From NCBI GenBank assembly GCA_963722255.1, contig CAVRJO010000002.1, positions 256,001 through 320,000 of the forward strand: a DNA stretch of 64,000 nucleotides, given 5' to 3'. Under the pieces are notes generated by a model. That model made no database searches and was not told where the DNA came from. It saw nothing but the letters and a program-made list of their open reading frames with translations. Both the position numbers and the translations under genes were made by a program. Shown here piece by piece: positions 39,214-48,555 of this stretch; within the stretch, counting starts at the first letter, position 1; each line of letters starts with the position of its first letter. This stretch comes from Candidatus Babeliales bacterium. GTDB lineage: Bacteria; Babelota; Babeliae; Babelales; JANWKD01.

Positions 39214-40137
39214 GAGCCTGTCTGAAAACTCAAGGCAGTTGAAAAAATAAATAAAAAAAAATAAAATCCCTCTTGTTGTTACTACACAAACAAAGAAGGA
39301 TTTTTTCATATGAAGCATTTAAATTACGAAGAAATTATACCATCAAAATATGTCATATCTAAAGAACTTTTACAAGAATTTCATAATTTTATTGCAGTCT
39401 ATATGCCACCAAGTAAAATAGGTCGACCACGTTCAGATAATGATCCATTAATAGCAGGAATATATTATTTACTCAAGACAGGATGTCAGTGGGATGCGCT
39501 GCCCAAATGCTTTGGTCCAGCAAAAACCGTTTATCACAGATTTAGAGAACTAGTTAAAGCAAATGCTTTTCAAAAAATTTGGAAATCAATTTTAATGCAC
39601 TATGATCGAACAAAAGGACTTCGTCTTGAAAATCAATCTATAGATTCATGCCATAAAAAAGCGCCTCTTGGAGGAGACAAAACGGGAATTAGCCCTGTTG
39701 ATAGAAGAAAATTGGGCTCCAAATTAAATCTTGTTGTTGAAGAATTGGGACTTCCTCTTAGCGCTACCGTTGCGGGTGGAAATCGACATGACACGCAATT
39801 ATTTGTTCCTCTTATTGATAATTTACAGTATCAAATCCCACAATCAAGAAATCATTATCTTCGCACTGACAAGGGCTTCGTATCTAAAAAAAATAAGGAA
39901 GAAGCTATTAAACGAAACTTTACGCCGGTAATGCCATTAAAAAAACCCAAAAATAAACCTCGAGTTACAACAAATAAAGATCCAATACGGTGGGTTGTTG
40001 AAAGAACATTTTCTTGGATGAATCGATTCAGACGCGTTTTCATTCGTTATGACAAGCTATCTAAAAACTTTCTTGGGCTAGTTCAATTTGCTTGTCTAGT
40101 CATCGTTTTCAGAAAAATTTAGTTTTCAGACAGGCTC
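39214..40137 (+). mobile_element. IS5-family insertion sequence (924 bp)
   Basis: Perfect 17-bp terminal inverted repeats GAGCCTGTCTGAAAACT; TAA target duplication at 39211-39213 and 40138-40140. Confidence 0.96.
39310..40122 (+). CDS. IS5-family transposase
   Basis: GRPR..GIYY.LKTGCQW..LP, IDS, DKGF, RWVVERTFSW. Confidence 0.95.
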   Translation: MKHLNYEEIIPSKYVISKELLQEFHNFIAVYMPPSKIGRPRSDNDPLIAGIYYLLKTGCQWDALPKCFGPAKTVYHRFRELVKANAFQKIWKSILMHYDRTKGLRLENQSIDSCHKKAPLGGDKTGISPVDRRKLGSKLNLVVEELGLPLSATVAGGNRHDTQLFVPLIDNLQYQIPQSRNHYLRTDKGFVSKKNKEEAIKRNFTPVMPLKKPKNKPRVTTNKDPIRWVVERTFSWMNRFRRVFIRYDKLSKNFLGLVQFACLVIVFRKI

Positions 40138-40354
40138 TAAAGCTCTTTTAGGCGACGCCGCACTCTTAACAGCTGGTGGGCTTTGGTATTGGTGGAAACA
40201 TAAAAATTAGCGTATTTATAGAAATAAAGTATTGAATTGCAACAAACTATATTTGCTACGCAATAAAACAAATTGACAAAATTGCATTTTTAGTCTATTA
40301 TTTTTTTAGATAGAAATGCTGTTTTAAATAAATATTAACAAATGGAATATTATT

Positions 40355-41119
40355 ATGAATACACTAAAAAAACTACTCTACTTTTCAACCTTACTATCAA
40401 TCTCGATAGCTTCAGCTGAAATCATTACCCCAGTTGCAGAACTTAAAAACCCTCTTTGTATCTTCGATGTCGGCAGAGTTTTGGTACACCAAAGTCAACT
40501 TTCAAACACACCTGCGTACTTAAACATTATTAGCGAATCAAACAACAAAACATCACTTATAAAGCCCAGCCTTTGGTGTATGTTTAACCTTGCTAAGCTC
40601 AGAACTATAAACCTTACAGGCCCTGAAGATGCTGTTGTAGATTATATTGCACAAAAATTCCCAGCTTTGAATCAAAAAACGAAATCAAATACTACCATAG
40701 CTGAACGAGCAAAAGAAGTTTTATGCACTGCAACCCCAATCAAAGAAACACAAAAAATCGTTGCAGATCTTATTGAAAAAGGGTATCCGGTTGCTCTCGG
40801 CTCTAATAAAGGTAAAAATACCATTGCTCGTATGATTAAATCTGGAGCTCTTGCTGATCTTGATTACGCATTGATTTTCACCTGTGATTCACATGATGAT
40901 GCAGCTCAAGGAATTTTCTATAAAAAGCCCGATGCGCGTTATTACGAAAATCTTAAAAAAGATTTATATAAACAAGGCTTTGTTGATCACTCATTTATTT
41001 TTATTGATAATGATCGTGCAAATGTCGAAGCTGCATGCAAAGCAGGAATGACCGGTATTTTCTATACAACACCTGAAGAACTGATTGCTGATTTACAACA
41101 ACTTGGTATTAAATTTTAA
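40355..41119 (+). CDS. HAD-superfamily hydrolase with signal peptide
   Basis: FDVGRVL, SN, KKPD, FIDND..NV.AA..AGM. Confidence 0.85.
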   Translation: MNTLKKLLYFSTLLSISIASAEIITPVAELKNPLCIFDVGRVLVHQSQLSNTPAYLNIISESNNKTSLIKPSLWCMFNLAKLRTINLTGPEDAVVDYIAQKFPALNQKTKSNTTIAERAKEVLCTATPIKETQKIVADLIEKGYPVALGSNKGKNTIARMIKSGALADLDYALIFTCDSHDDAAQGIFYKKPDARYYENLKKDLYKQGFVDHSFIFIDNDRANVEAACKAGMTGIFYTTPEELIADLQQLGIKF

Positions 41120-41142
41120 AGTATAAACATTATTGAATATTG

Positions 41143-41178
41143 AATAAGCCCATAAGAATCTTATGGGCTTATTTTTTT
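41143..41178 (+). terminator. Intrinsic terminator
   Basis: AATAAGCCCATAAGA/TCTTATGGGCTTATT palindrome followed by a T-tract. Confidence 0.75.
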
Positions 41179-41317
41179 GCATAATTCCTTCTGCTATTTT
41201 CGAAAACATCAAAAAACGAAAATAGCGGCGTTTCTTATTAGCGCAGGTGAAAATAAGGAATCATGCTATTATCGATTTTGGGGCAAAATGAAAATAGCAG
41301 GTTTGTTGGCGAAAATA

Positions 41318-41947
41318 TTATTTTGGTTGATAGGTATCAATTAAAGCTTGTATCTTCTGCCATATAGTTAAAGCAAATTTGCCTTCAGCATCAAGCCCAA
41401 CTTGTGAACTCTTTTCCACTTCTAAACGATCTAATGATTCTTGAGCAAATTTTCTCATTGTTGCATGCGAGCCAATAGTCAAAACTCCTTGATCAACGGA
41501 AACCTGTTTTTGAACTAAAAGTTCTATGCATTCATATAACCGGTTAAGGGCATTGATTATGTTATCAATATTTTCTTCAAGACGCGTACGAGCTAAATAC
41601 CCTTCTATTATGAGTGCATAAGGAGAAAGTTGCTTCTGATCGGAAATAACGTGAGAAACATTAACAACTTGATCTAACGCATAAGGATTAACGCCGGCAT
41701 CTAAACTTTCTTTAATTATTTGTGTATCAAGCTTCCACAATCCCCAGGCAAATCTTTTTTCTAAGGTTTTTGGGGCAGAGTTTGGCATATCGTGAAGATC
41801 TAGTTTTGAGATAATTACAGATTCAGAAGTTTCAATCGGCGATTTAGTTTCATCAGTTGATAGCCGGCATCCTATAAAGGTAGATAAAAAAATAAAAATG
41901 AAACAATAAAAATTAAAGTACCATAGAATTTTAGTTACATTTTTCAT
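41318..41947 (-). CDS. Hypothetical lipoprotein
   Basis: Lipobox FIGC; one ankyrin-like LDAGVNPY segment. Confidence 0.65.
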   Translation of the reverse strand: MKNVTKILWYFNFYCFIFIFLSTFIGCRLSTDETKSPIETSESVIISKLDLHDMPNSAPKTLEKRFAWGLWKLDTQIIKESLDAGVNPYALDQVVNVSHVISDQKQLSPYALIIEGYLARTRLEENIDNIINALNRLYECIELLVQKQVSVDQGVLTIGSHATMRKFAQESLDRLEVEKSSQVGLDAEGKFALTIWQKIQALIDTYQPK

Positions 41948-42374
41948 AACGATTCCTTAATAACTTACATATACATTTTCGATTGTTGTTATGTTGCAAT
42001 CATTATTATCTATTAAATCAAATATTTTATAATGCATAACTATTCCTTTTAGTAACTGTTTTATTTTCGATAATATAGCATTAAATCAATATACTGAAAA
42101 TAGCGCACTACTCATAATTGACAAAATATACCTTCTATGAAACAGTAATGATCGTTATTCTAAACCATTATTCGTCTATAATGAGTTATTTTGAAAGAAT
42201 TTTTAACATGATAACAATCCTCAAACAAACATTATTCATAGGTACAATTATTTGCAATGCATCGCATTACGTAGTTAGGGAATTATAAATTGTAAAAAAG
42301 CATTATTATGTTTATATTAAGCCAATCAATAGACATATTGCTTATTTCGCTATTTATTACAGGGTACATAAAGC

Positions 42375-43250
42375 ATGAATTCAACAAAAATTATATTTTC
42401 ACGAAGGCTTCTTTGTATATTATCTTTATGGTTTTGTACAAACAAAACCGTTGGTAATTATCCGATCATGTCCTATGAAAAGTATGCTTCTGTGTCGCGT
42501 TCTGGCCCTTATAGGTTTCAATTATCAAAATCAAATCAGAATTTTTTTTATTTTGGAGCAAATCATTCGTGTGAGCCTCATAATAAGCAATATCAAATGC
42601 TAGAAAAATTTTGGCAAGAATTTTTAAGGAAAACCAAAGGAAAAAATTGTGTAGTATTGGTAGAAGGATCAAAGCGCTTTGTTGGTCAAAATAAAGAAGA
42701 TGCAATAATGCATAACGGTGGAGAAGGCGGTTTTATTACTTTTCTTGCTCATCAAGCTAATATTGGAACTGAATGCCCTGAACCGAGTGAAATTTTTTTA
42801 CTAAATGAACTGCAGGAACATTTTTCCGAAGAAGAGATAATTTATTTTCGCTTTGCGCAAGCTGTTTTACAATTTAATAGGCATAAGAAGGCTGATGAAA
42901 GATTAGATTTTGAAACTTTTATTCAACCTTATCTAATCAATTTTCAAAAGTTTGTTCAACTTCCAATAACGCTTGCTGCAATGAAGCAAATACACCAAAA
43001 ATTGTTTAAGCAAGAATTTAATCCAAATGACGAAAATTTTTTCTACACAATTACCAATCCTGTTATTCAAGATACTATTATTAACAAAATATGTCGTGAA
43101 GCAAGTACTATTCGAGATATCAAAATTGTGAATTATATTGATAATCTTTTACAACAAGGGAAAGATATTTTTATCGTTTATGGTTTTACTCATGCTGTAA
43201 TACAAGAAGCAGCAATAAGAGAAATATGGGAAAATAATAATTTAAAGTGA
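42375..43250 (+). CDS. Hypothetical protein
   Basis: 291-aa ORF with G..HS, LVEG, RD and VYG..H motifs (weakly TraB/TIKI-like). Confidence 0.65.
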   Translation: MNSTKIIFSRRLLCILSLWFCTNKTVGNYPIMSYEKYASVSRSGPYRFQLSKSNQNFFYFGANHSCEPHNKQYQMLEKFWQEFLRKTKGKNCVVLVEGSKRFVGQNKEDAIMHNGGEGGFITFLAHQANIGTECPEPSEIFLLNELQEHFSEEEIIYFRFAQAVLQFNRHKKADERLDFETFIQPYLINFQKFVQLPITLAAMKQIHQKLFKQEFNPNDENFFYTITNPVIQDTIINKICREASTIRDIKIVNYIDNLLQQGKDIFIVYGFTHAVIQEAAIREIWENNNLK

Positions 43251-43536
43251 TTTTACGATATAAAAATTTCTCATATAACTTCATTAGTTTCACGCTTGCA
43301 ACAAACATAAAGTTCTGCATAACTAATGCCATAGTTGTTTATTCTATCTTTTGGCCCAGGACCCATAACAACAAATCCTTGTGATTCATAAAAAGCCAAA
43401 GCTTTTTCATTGTGAGAAAAGCAGTACACAGTGCAAGTTTTGCATTCTTTATATGTTTCCAATGCAGCATATATTAATTTTTTACCTAATCCCAATCTTC
43501 GATACTCTTTATCAATTATAAGAAGATCAATTTCTA

Positions 43537-44500
43537 TAGCGACCCTCGTTAAGCCGCGCACATTTCACTCAATGCATAAACAGCTGCTTCATAAAAATCT
43601 TTAATATTTTCAGCAGCTTTTCTGATTGCATTTTTGACAGCCGTCCAATGATGCTCAATTGGGTTAAAATCAGGTGAATATGGGGGTAAAAATATAACTC
43701 TGCACGAAGCGGCTTCGATAAGCTGAATTATTTTTTTAGATTTATGGAAGCTAGCATTGTCAATTATAAGTACCATTCCAGGTTCTAACGCAGGAGCCAA
43801 AACCTGTTCTACGTAAGTTTCATAAACAGCAGAATTTGAATATCCTTCAAACAAAAATGGCGCAAACAACAAATTTAAATTCAGTGCTGCCGTGATATTA
43901 TAACGTGCTTTACGTTCAGCTTTTTTTTGCGCATGGCAACGTTCTCCGCGTGGTGCCCATCCAGTAAGAACGACCTCATTATCGTCAATTCCAGTTTCAT
44001 CAGAGTAAATGATTTTTGCTGGATCGATGTCTTTAATTTCTTCTAAAAAATCGGCACGTTTTTTTGCATTTGCTTCGGCGTAGCTAAAAGTTTTTTTTTA
44101 GATGTAAAACCAATCTTTTTAAGCATCCGTAGCATCACGTCTTCAGAGACCTTCACGCCTGTAAGTTGCTCCCATCTAATAACCATTTGTGGGGATGTAC
44201 ATTGCTTATTAGAATTTGCAAATGCTTTGAATTTTTCCAAGTCTGTAATTTTGTGGCTATGGCCTTTTTGATAACCTGTTTTTGGTTTGAGCTCGCCAGT
44301 TTTTTTTCGTAATTCTAACCATTCATAAATTACCCTTCTGCTGACATCAAATATTTTAGCGGCCTCGTCTATATGCATGCCACCATCAACTGCCCCTATT
44401 ACTCGTTCTCTTAAATCAAGACTGAATGCCATTCGCTTCTCCTTTTTAAAATTTTAAGGATAGTATAGCACATTTGTGCGGAAATTAAAGCGGGGCGCTA
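43537..44500 (-). mobile_element. IS630-family insertion sequence
   Basis: Ends TAGCGACCCTCGTTAA / TTAAAGCGGGGCGCTA flanked by a duplicated TA (43535-43536, 44501-44502). Confidence 0.92.
43549..44432 (-). CDS. IS630 transposase, -1 frameshift at the A9 run (~44091-44099)
   Basis: SLDLRERV HTH; the -1 frame reads KKTFSYAEA..YSDETGID..DNASFH..LPPYSPDFNPIEHHW. Confidence 0.92.
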
Positions 44501-44510
44501 TAGAACCCTA

Positions 44511-45367
44511 GGTTCTGTGAACCAAATTTAAAAAATGCTTAAAAAAAGATAAGCTTCCTTTGTTAATCAACTAAAAAAACAAAAGGAAGCTTGTAATGCA
44601 TTACCTAATTAATGATACAGATTTTGAAAAAATATTGAATGTTTTAATGAGCATCAAAGGGATTCACAAGAAGTCTATTGAAAAATTACGTAAATTTATA
44701 GAGGCAATATATTACATATGCAGAAGCGGTTGCCAATGGAGATTATTGCCAATTTATTATGGTAGTTGGCGAGCTGTTCACAAGCGATTTAAGCAGTGGA
44801 ATAAACGTAATATTTGGAAAAAACTATTTGAAAGTTTTCAAGAAGATCCTGATATGGAATGGGCAATGATAGACTCTACAGTTATTAGAGCACATGCATG
44901 TGCAGCTGGATATGGTAAAGATACTCAAGAACAAGAGGCGTTAGGACGTAGCAAGGGCGGCTTCTCAACAAAAATACACGCTTTGGTTGATGCATTGGGA
45001 AATCCACTAAAATTTGTTTTAACACCCGGTCAACGACATGACATTACTCAAGCAAAAAATCTGAGCACTGGTATTGTAGATGCTTCTATCATTGGAGATA
45101 CTGCTTATGATGCTGATCATTTCATTGAAAGCATAAAAGATCAACGATGTAAGCCAGAAATTCCTCCTCGTAGAAATCGTAAGCAGCCTCGTGACTATGA
45201 TGTTCATCTTTACAAAGAGCGACATTCCATCGAATGTTTTTTCGGAAAAATTAAACATTTTCGTAGGATTTTTTCGCGATTCGATAAATCTTCTCAATCT
45301 TATTTATCTTTTTTATATTTTGTAGGGACCTTAATTTGGCTTAGGTAAAATTTGGTTCACAGAACAC
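44511..45367 (+). mobile_element. IS5-family insertion sequence
   Basis: Terminal inverted repeats GTTCTGTGAACCAAATTT / AAATTTGGTTCACAGAAC; CTAG on both sides (44508-44511, 45367-45370), so the duplication is TA or CTAG. Confidence 0.93.
44596..45348 (+). CDS. IS5-family transposase
   Basis: RSGCQWRLLP, IDSTVIRAH, LGRSKGGFSTKIH, GDTAYDA, YKERHSIECFF. Confidence 0.96.
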   Translation: MHYLINDTDFEKILNVLMSIKGIHKKSIEKLRKFIEAIYYICRSGCQWRLLPIYYGSWRAVHKRFKQWNKRNIWKKLFESFQEDPDMEWAMIDSTVIRAHACAAGYGKDTQEQEALGRSKGGFSTKIHALVDALGNPLKFVLTPGQRHDITQAKNLSTGIVDASIIGDTAYDADHFIESIKDQRCKPEIPPRRNRKQPRDYDVHLYKERHSIECFFGKIKHFRRIFSRFDKSSQSYLSFLYFVGTLIWLR

Positions 45368-45774
45368 TAGAATCTTTTTTTAAAAAAACTATCAAGCCAA
45401 CGACTTGTTGCGTTCTCGGATCAAATGCTACATAAAGCCTTTCATGGCCAACTAGATTTACGCAATCAGAGAACTCTTTTTTGTCATTAGCACAATCCAT
45501 CTTCAAATAATAATCCGGATCTTTGCCTATTGGAGTATGAGAATATTTTTTACTATAAAAAGGCTTAAAATATTCCATAGAAACACGCCAATCTAAATCT
45601 ATTGCAGAAGGAATATCAGACAAAGTTGCCTGTCTTATAATAATTTCAGATACCTTATCTACCATAAAGGCATCATTAAAAAGGACCGAAATAAGCAGCA
45701 GGCATAAAAAGTTACACACAATGCATCTCATATCTGAAGAACACAATTAGCTCCCTTTTTTAATGCATTAATTT

Positions 45775-46641
45775 CTAAGGCTTATAAACAAAGACATCAA
45801 AATCAAAAACATGTTCAAAGCCAATTTTTTGATTTATAGAATATGCTTGCTTACCAAGTCCATCTAAAATAACGTAGTCTAGCCCAAGTTCATCTGCCCG
45901 TTGTAAAAGCATTTGAAGTAATGCAGTAGCAATTCCTTGATTGCGATAGTTTTTATCAGTTGCAACTTTAAAAATAAATGCATAATTAGTATTGATCATA
46001 AGATTGCCAGTACCCACAAGTTGATCATTATAGAATGCTCCATAAAACTCTAACTTTGGCATATCGGGCATATTGTGTGTAACTGCTTTTAAATAAGCAT
46101 CAGCAACTTCACTACTATAATTGAATGATTGTGCAACAATAGTAATCCAAGGCTCCATTTCTTGAGGAGTATTAGAAAGTTTTCTAATGTGTATATCTAA
46201 TTTAGGCCACGATTGCATTGGCGATTTTTTGTGCAAATGATATATCATAGTCGATAGAGTAAATTTGTTTATAAAGCCTCTTTCAATAAGAAGATTTGGT
46301 AAAGTAGATGGTTGTGATGATGGTGATACAGCCCAAGAAAGAGGTGCATTATTTTTTTGAGCTTGCGCAACTACATAATCAATAAATTCTATAGCTTTTT
46401 CTTGTGTGTCTGAAAAATGAGTTACATCGTTAAATACCGGCGTATTAAGTCCTGATACACAATAATGCACATTTTCATTAATAAGCATTTTGCCATTAAG
46501 ACGCGATATAAAAAATTCTTGTGCTTTTTGCACCTGCGATTCAACTTGTTTGATATCTGGATAGTTTTCTAAAGCAGCGCACCATGCAAAAAAAGTAAGA
46601 TAATTAATGAAAAAGATCGGGAAAATACTTTCTTTATACAT
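45775..46641 (-). CDS. GNAT-family acetyltransferase
   Basis: VATDKNYRNQGIATALL..KIGF acetyl-CoA motif; signal-like N-terminus. Confidence 0.88.
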   Translation of the reverse strand: MYKESIFPIFFINYLTFFAWCAALENYPDIKQVESQVQKAQEFFISRLNGKMLINENVHYCVSGLNTPVFNDVTHFSDTQEKAIEFIDYVVAQAQKNNAPLSWAVSPSSQPSTLPNLLIERGFINKFTLSTMIYHLHKKSPMQSWPKLDIHIRKLSNTPQEMEPWITIVAQSFNYSSEVADAYLKAVTHNMPDMPKLEFYGAFYNDQLVGTGNLMINTNYAFIFKVATDKNYRNQGIATALLQMLLQRADELGLDYVILDGLGKQAYSINQKIGFEHVFDFDVFVYKP

Positions 46642-46823
46642 GTTATTCCTTTTACAGTAGATATTGAAAATTACCTTACTCATTTTATCTAATTTTTAAT
46701 GGTATCAAAGCGACTAATATAAAAACAAGAGAAATAACTGCGCAAGCACACAATTATGTTTGATTACGAAATAACAGGTTTATTTACATCAAAATAATCA
46801 CACAAAAATAGAGAATTATTCTT

Positions 46824-47687
46824 CTATACAATGAAATATTTATTACCCTCAAGTGCCATTATAGCATCTTTTGATTTGCACAGTTCTTCTACCGCTTTCA
46901 AACTATCTTCGGATTTTTCTGACATAAGATCACTATAATGGCGATAAAAAGGCTCTGAAAGAGGATTGGATAAACGAAGAGACCTCATTTTTTCTGCTAA
47001 AATTTCTTTACGAGCTTTAATTTTCTTATTCGTTGAACTAATTCTTAGTTCATGCGCAACCGCTTTAGTTGGTTGTATCACTATAGAATTGAGCGCAAGA
47101 TATAAAAGCAATGATGATCCGGCAAGAACCCCAAGACTTCCCGCAAGCACAGGTGAAAGAATAATACATTGAACTAAGGTCTCAGATTTGTCACAAAACA
47201 TATCACCTAAACCAAATCCAACATATGTCCCCATTGATCCAAGAAACAAATTTAATACCCCATCTGCCATTTCACATACACAAATATCATTAGGTTCTTT
47301 TGTTAGTTTTTCTCGAAGCTCAAGGAATGTTTTTAACTTTTGACAATCCACCATTAATGCATAATAAATCTTATCAGTTTCTTCATCATCACTGTCTGTG
47401 ACATACGTCCTATACAATTGCAATTGCATAATTGTCTTTTGTGATGAATATTTTTTTCTACAATTTTTTTTTAATATAGAACTATTCTGAGTATAATCAA
47501 AGGTATGTTGACCTGCTGCAAGACTTACGGTTCTTAACGATCTTGATACAACGGGTTGAGTAGATACAGCGCTCAATAGTTTAGTGCTTTGTGAGCAAAC
47601 ACTATTGCCAATCCTATGTTTCATTGCATAAAGAGGATTAAAAAGCAGAACAAAAAATAGCGGTAGTATTTTATTTACATGTTTCAT
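46824..47687 (-). CDS. Hypothetical secreted protein with a basic Ser/Arg-rich leader and two TM segments
   Basis: Signal peptide ending LYAMK; hydrophobic segments in the middle. Confidence 0.72.
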   Translation of the reverse strand: MKHVNKILPLFFVLLFNPLYAMKHRIGNSVCSQSTKLLSAVSTQPVVSRSLRTVSLAAGQHTFDYTQNSSILKKNCRKKYSSQKTIMQLQLYRTYVTDSDDEETDKIYYALMVDCQKLKTFLELREKLTKEPNDICVCEMADGVLNLFLGSMGTYVGFGLGDMFCDKSETLVQCIILSPVLAGSLGVLAGSSLLLYLALNSIVIQPTKAVAHELRISSTNKKIKARKEILAEKMRSLRLSNPLSEPFYRHYSDLMSEKSEDSLKAVEELCKSKDAIMALEGNKYFIV

Positions 47688-47771
47688 AACAATTTCCCTA
47701 ACAAACTTTGGCATGTGAAATTCTAAAAACAAGAGCAGCGCAAATCGATATTCCATGATTGTCAACAAACT

Positions 47772-48449
47772 TCAATGTTCCTTTTCTGAATCAAGCATTC
47801 TTAACTTTGCAAACAAAAGATCTTGTTCAGCTTCTTTTTGTCTCAAAATGCATGCTTGTTTTTCCTGTTCCAATTTTTCTTGCATATCTCTACGTTTTTT
47901 GTATTCTGCATTGTATTTTCCTATTAAAATATTACAACCTCTTTGGCCATCTGAATATTGACAAATACCATGTTGAATAATCCGTGTCTTTAAAATATCA
48001 ACATCAGTATCAAGTAAAAGTTTTGTCATTTCTTCAGATACTTGAACAGCCAGGCTAAAGTATTCATCAATTGGACCATCTTTAGGGTCGTGATAATCAG
48101 CGATAAACTTTCTTACAAGAGGAATATTGTTAGATCCTATTGCTTTACTAAAAAGTTTTGAAAATTCATCAGAGGTTACACCATCTTTAGATATATAATT
48201 TCCATGACCATCTCTATTACTACAAATCAACCCTTCTAAAAGTTCCATTTTTTCATGTTTTTTGCATTCAATGAGTTCTTCAATCATCTGATGACGTTTT
48301 GCTCTGGTATAACCCATTGCCAAAAATTGTGATGCAAGAGTTTTTCTACGCTCTTGAGAACATGATTCTTCCCATCTTTTTTCCATAGCTTGCATATTCA
48401 TTGAAATGACACAAAATATAAGAATCAAATAGTGCTTGTAATTGATCAT
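47772..48449 (-). CDS. Hypothetical secreted protein (weakly ankyrin-like)
   Basis: Signal peptide ending QAME; AI.SNN..LVRKFI and TKLLLD segments. Confidence 0.72.
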   Translation of the reverse strand: MINYKHYLILIFCVISMNMQAMEKRWEESCSQERRKTLASQFLAMGYTRAKRHQMIEELIECKKHEKMELLEGLICSNRDGHGNYISKDGVTSDEFSKLFSKAIGSNNIPLVRKFIADYHDPKDGPIDEYFSLAVQVSEEMTKLLLDTDVDILKTRIIQHGICQYSDGQRGCNILIGKYNAEYKKRRDMQEKLEQEKQACILRQKEAEQDLLFAKLRMLDSEKEH

Positions 48450-48484
48450 GAGATCCTTTCTTTGATAGAGTAAATATTCTGAAT

Positions 48485-48514
48485 AAGAATAACTTCATTA
48501 CGTACGCATGTCTA
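48485..48514 (-). promoter_or_regulatory. Sigma70-like promoter TAGACA-17-TATTCT, second copy
   Basis: Homologous to 30587-30616. Confidence 0.65.
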
Positions 48515-48555
48515 TACTTATATAGTGTAAATAGAGCCTACGTCACTGTTTTCAA

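Larger units (their letters stand above)
38966..40219 (+). pseudogene. Degraded copy of the 35744-36127 gene (5' deletion plus IS insertion)
   Basis: Near identical to 35635-36136, lacking 175 bp and interrupted at 39214-40137. Confidence 0.88.
43271..45746 (-). pseudogene. GNAT acetyltransferase gene interrupted by two adjacent IS elements
   Basis: Removing both IS and one copy of each target duplication restores a 651-nt ORF: IRQATLSD...LKKDSRVLEIDLLIIDKEYRRLGLGKKL...NEKALAFYESQGF. Confidence 0.9.
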
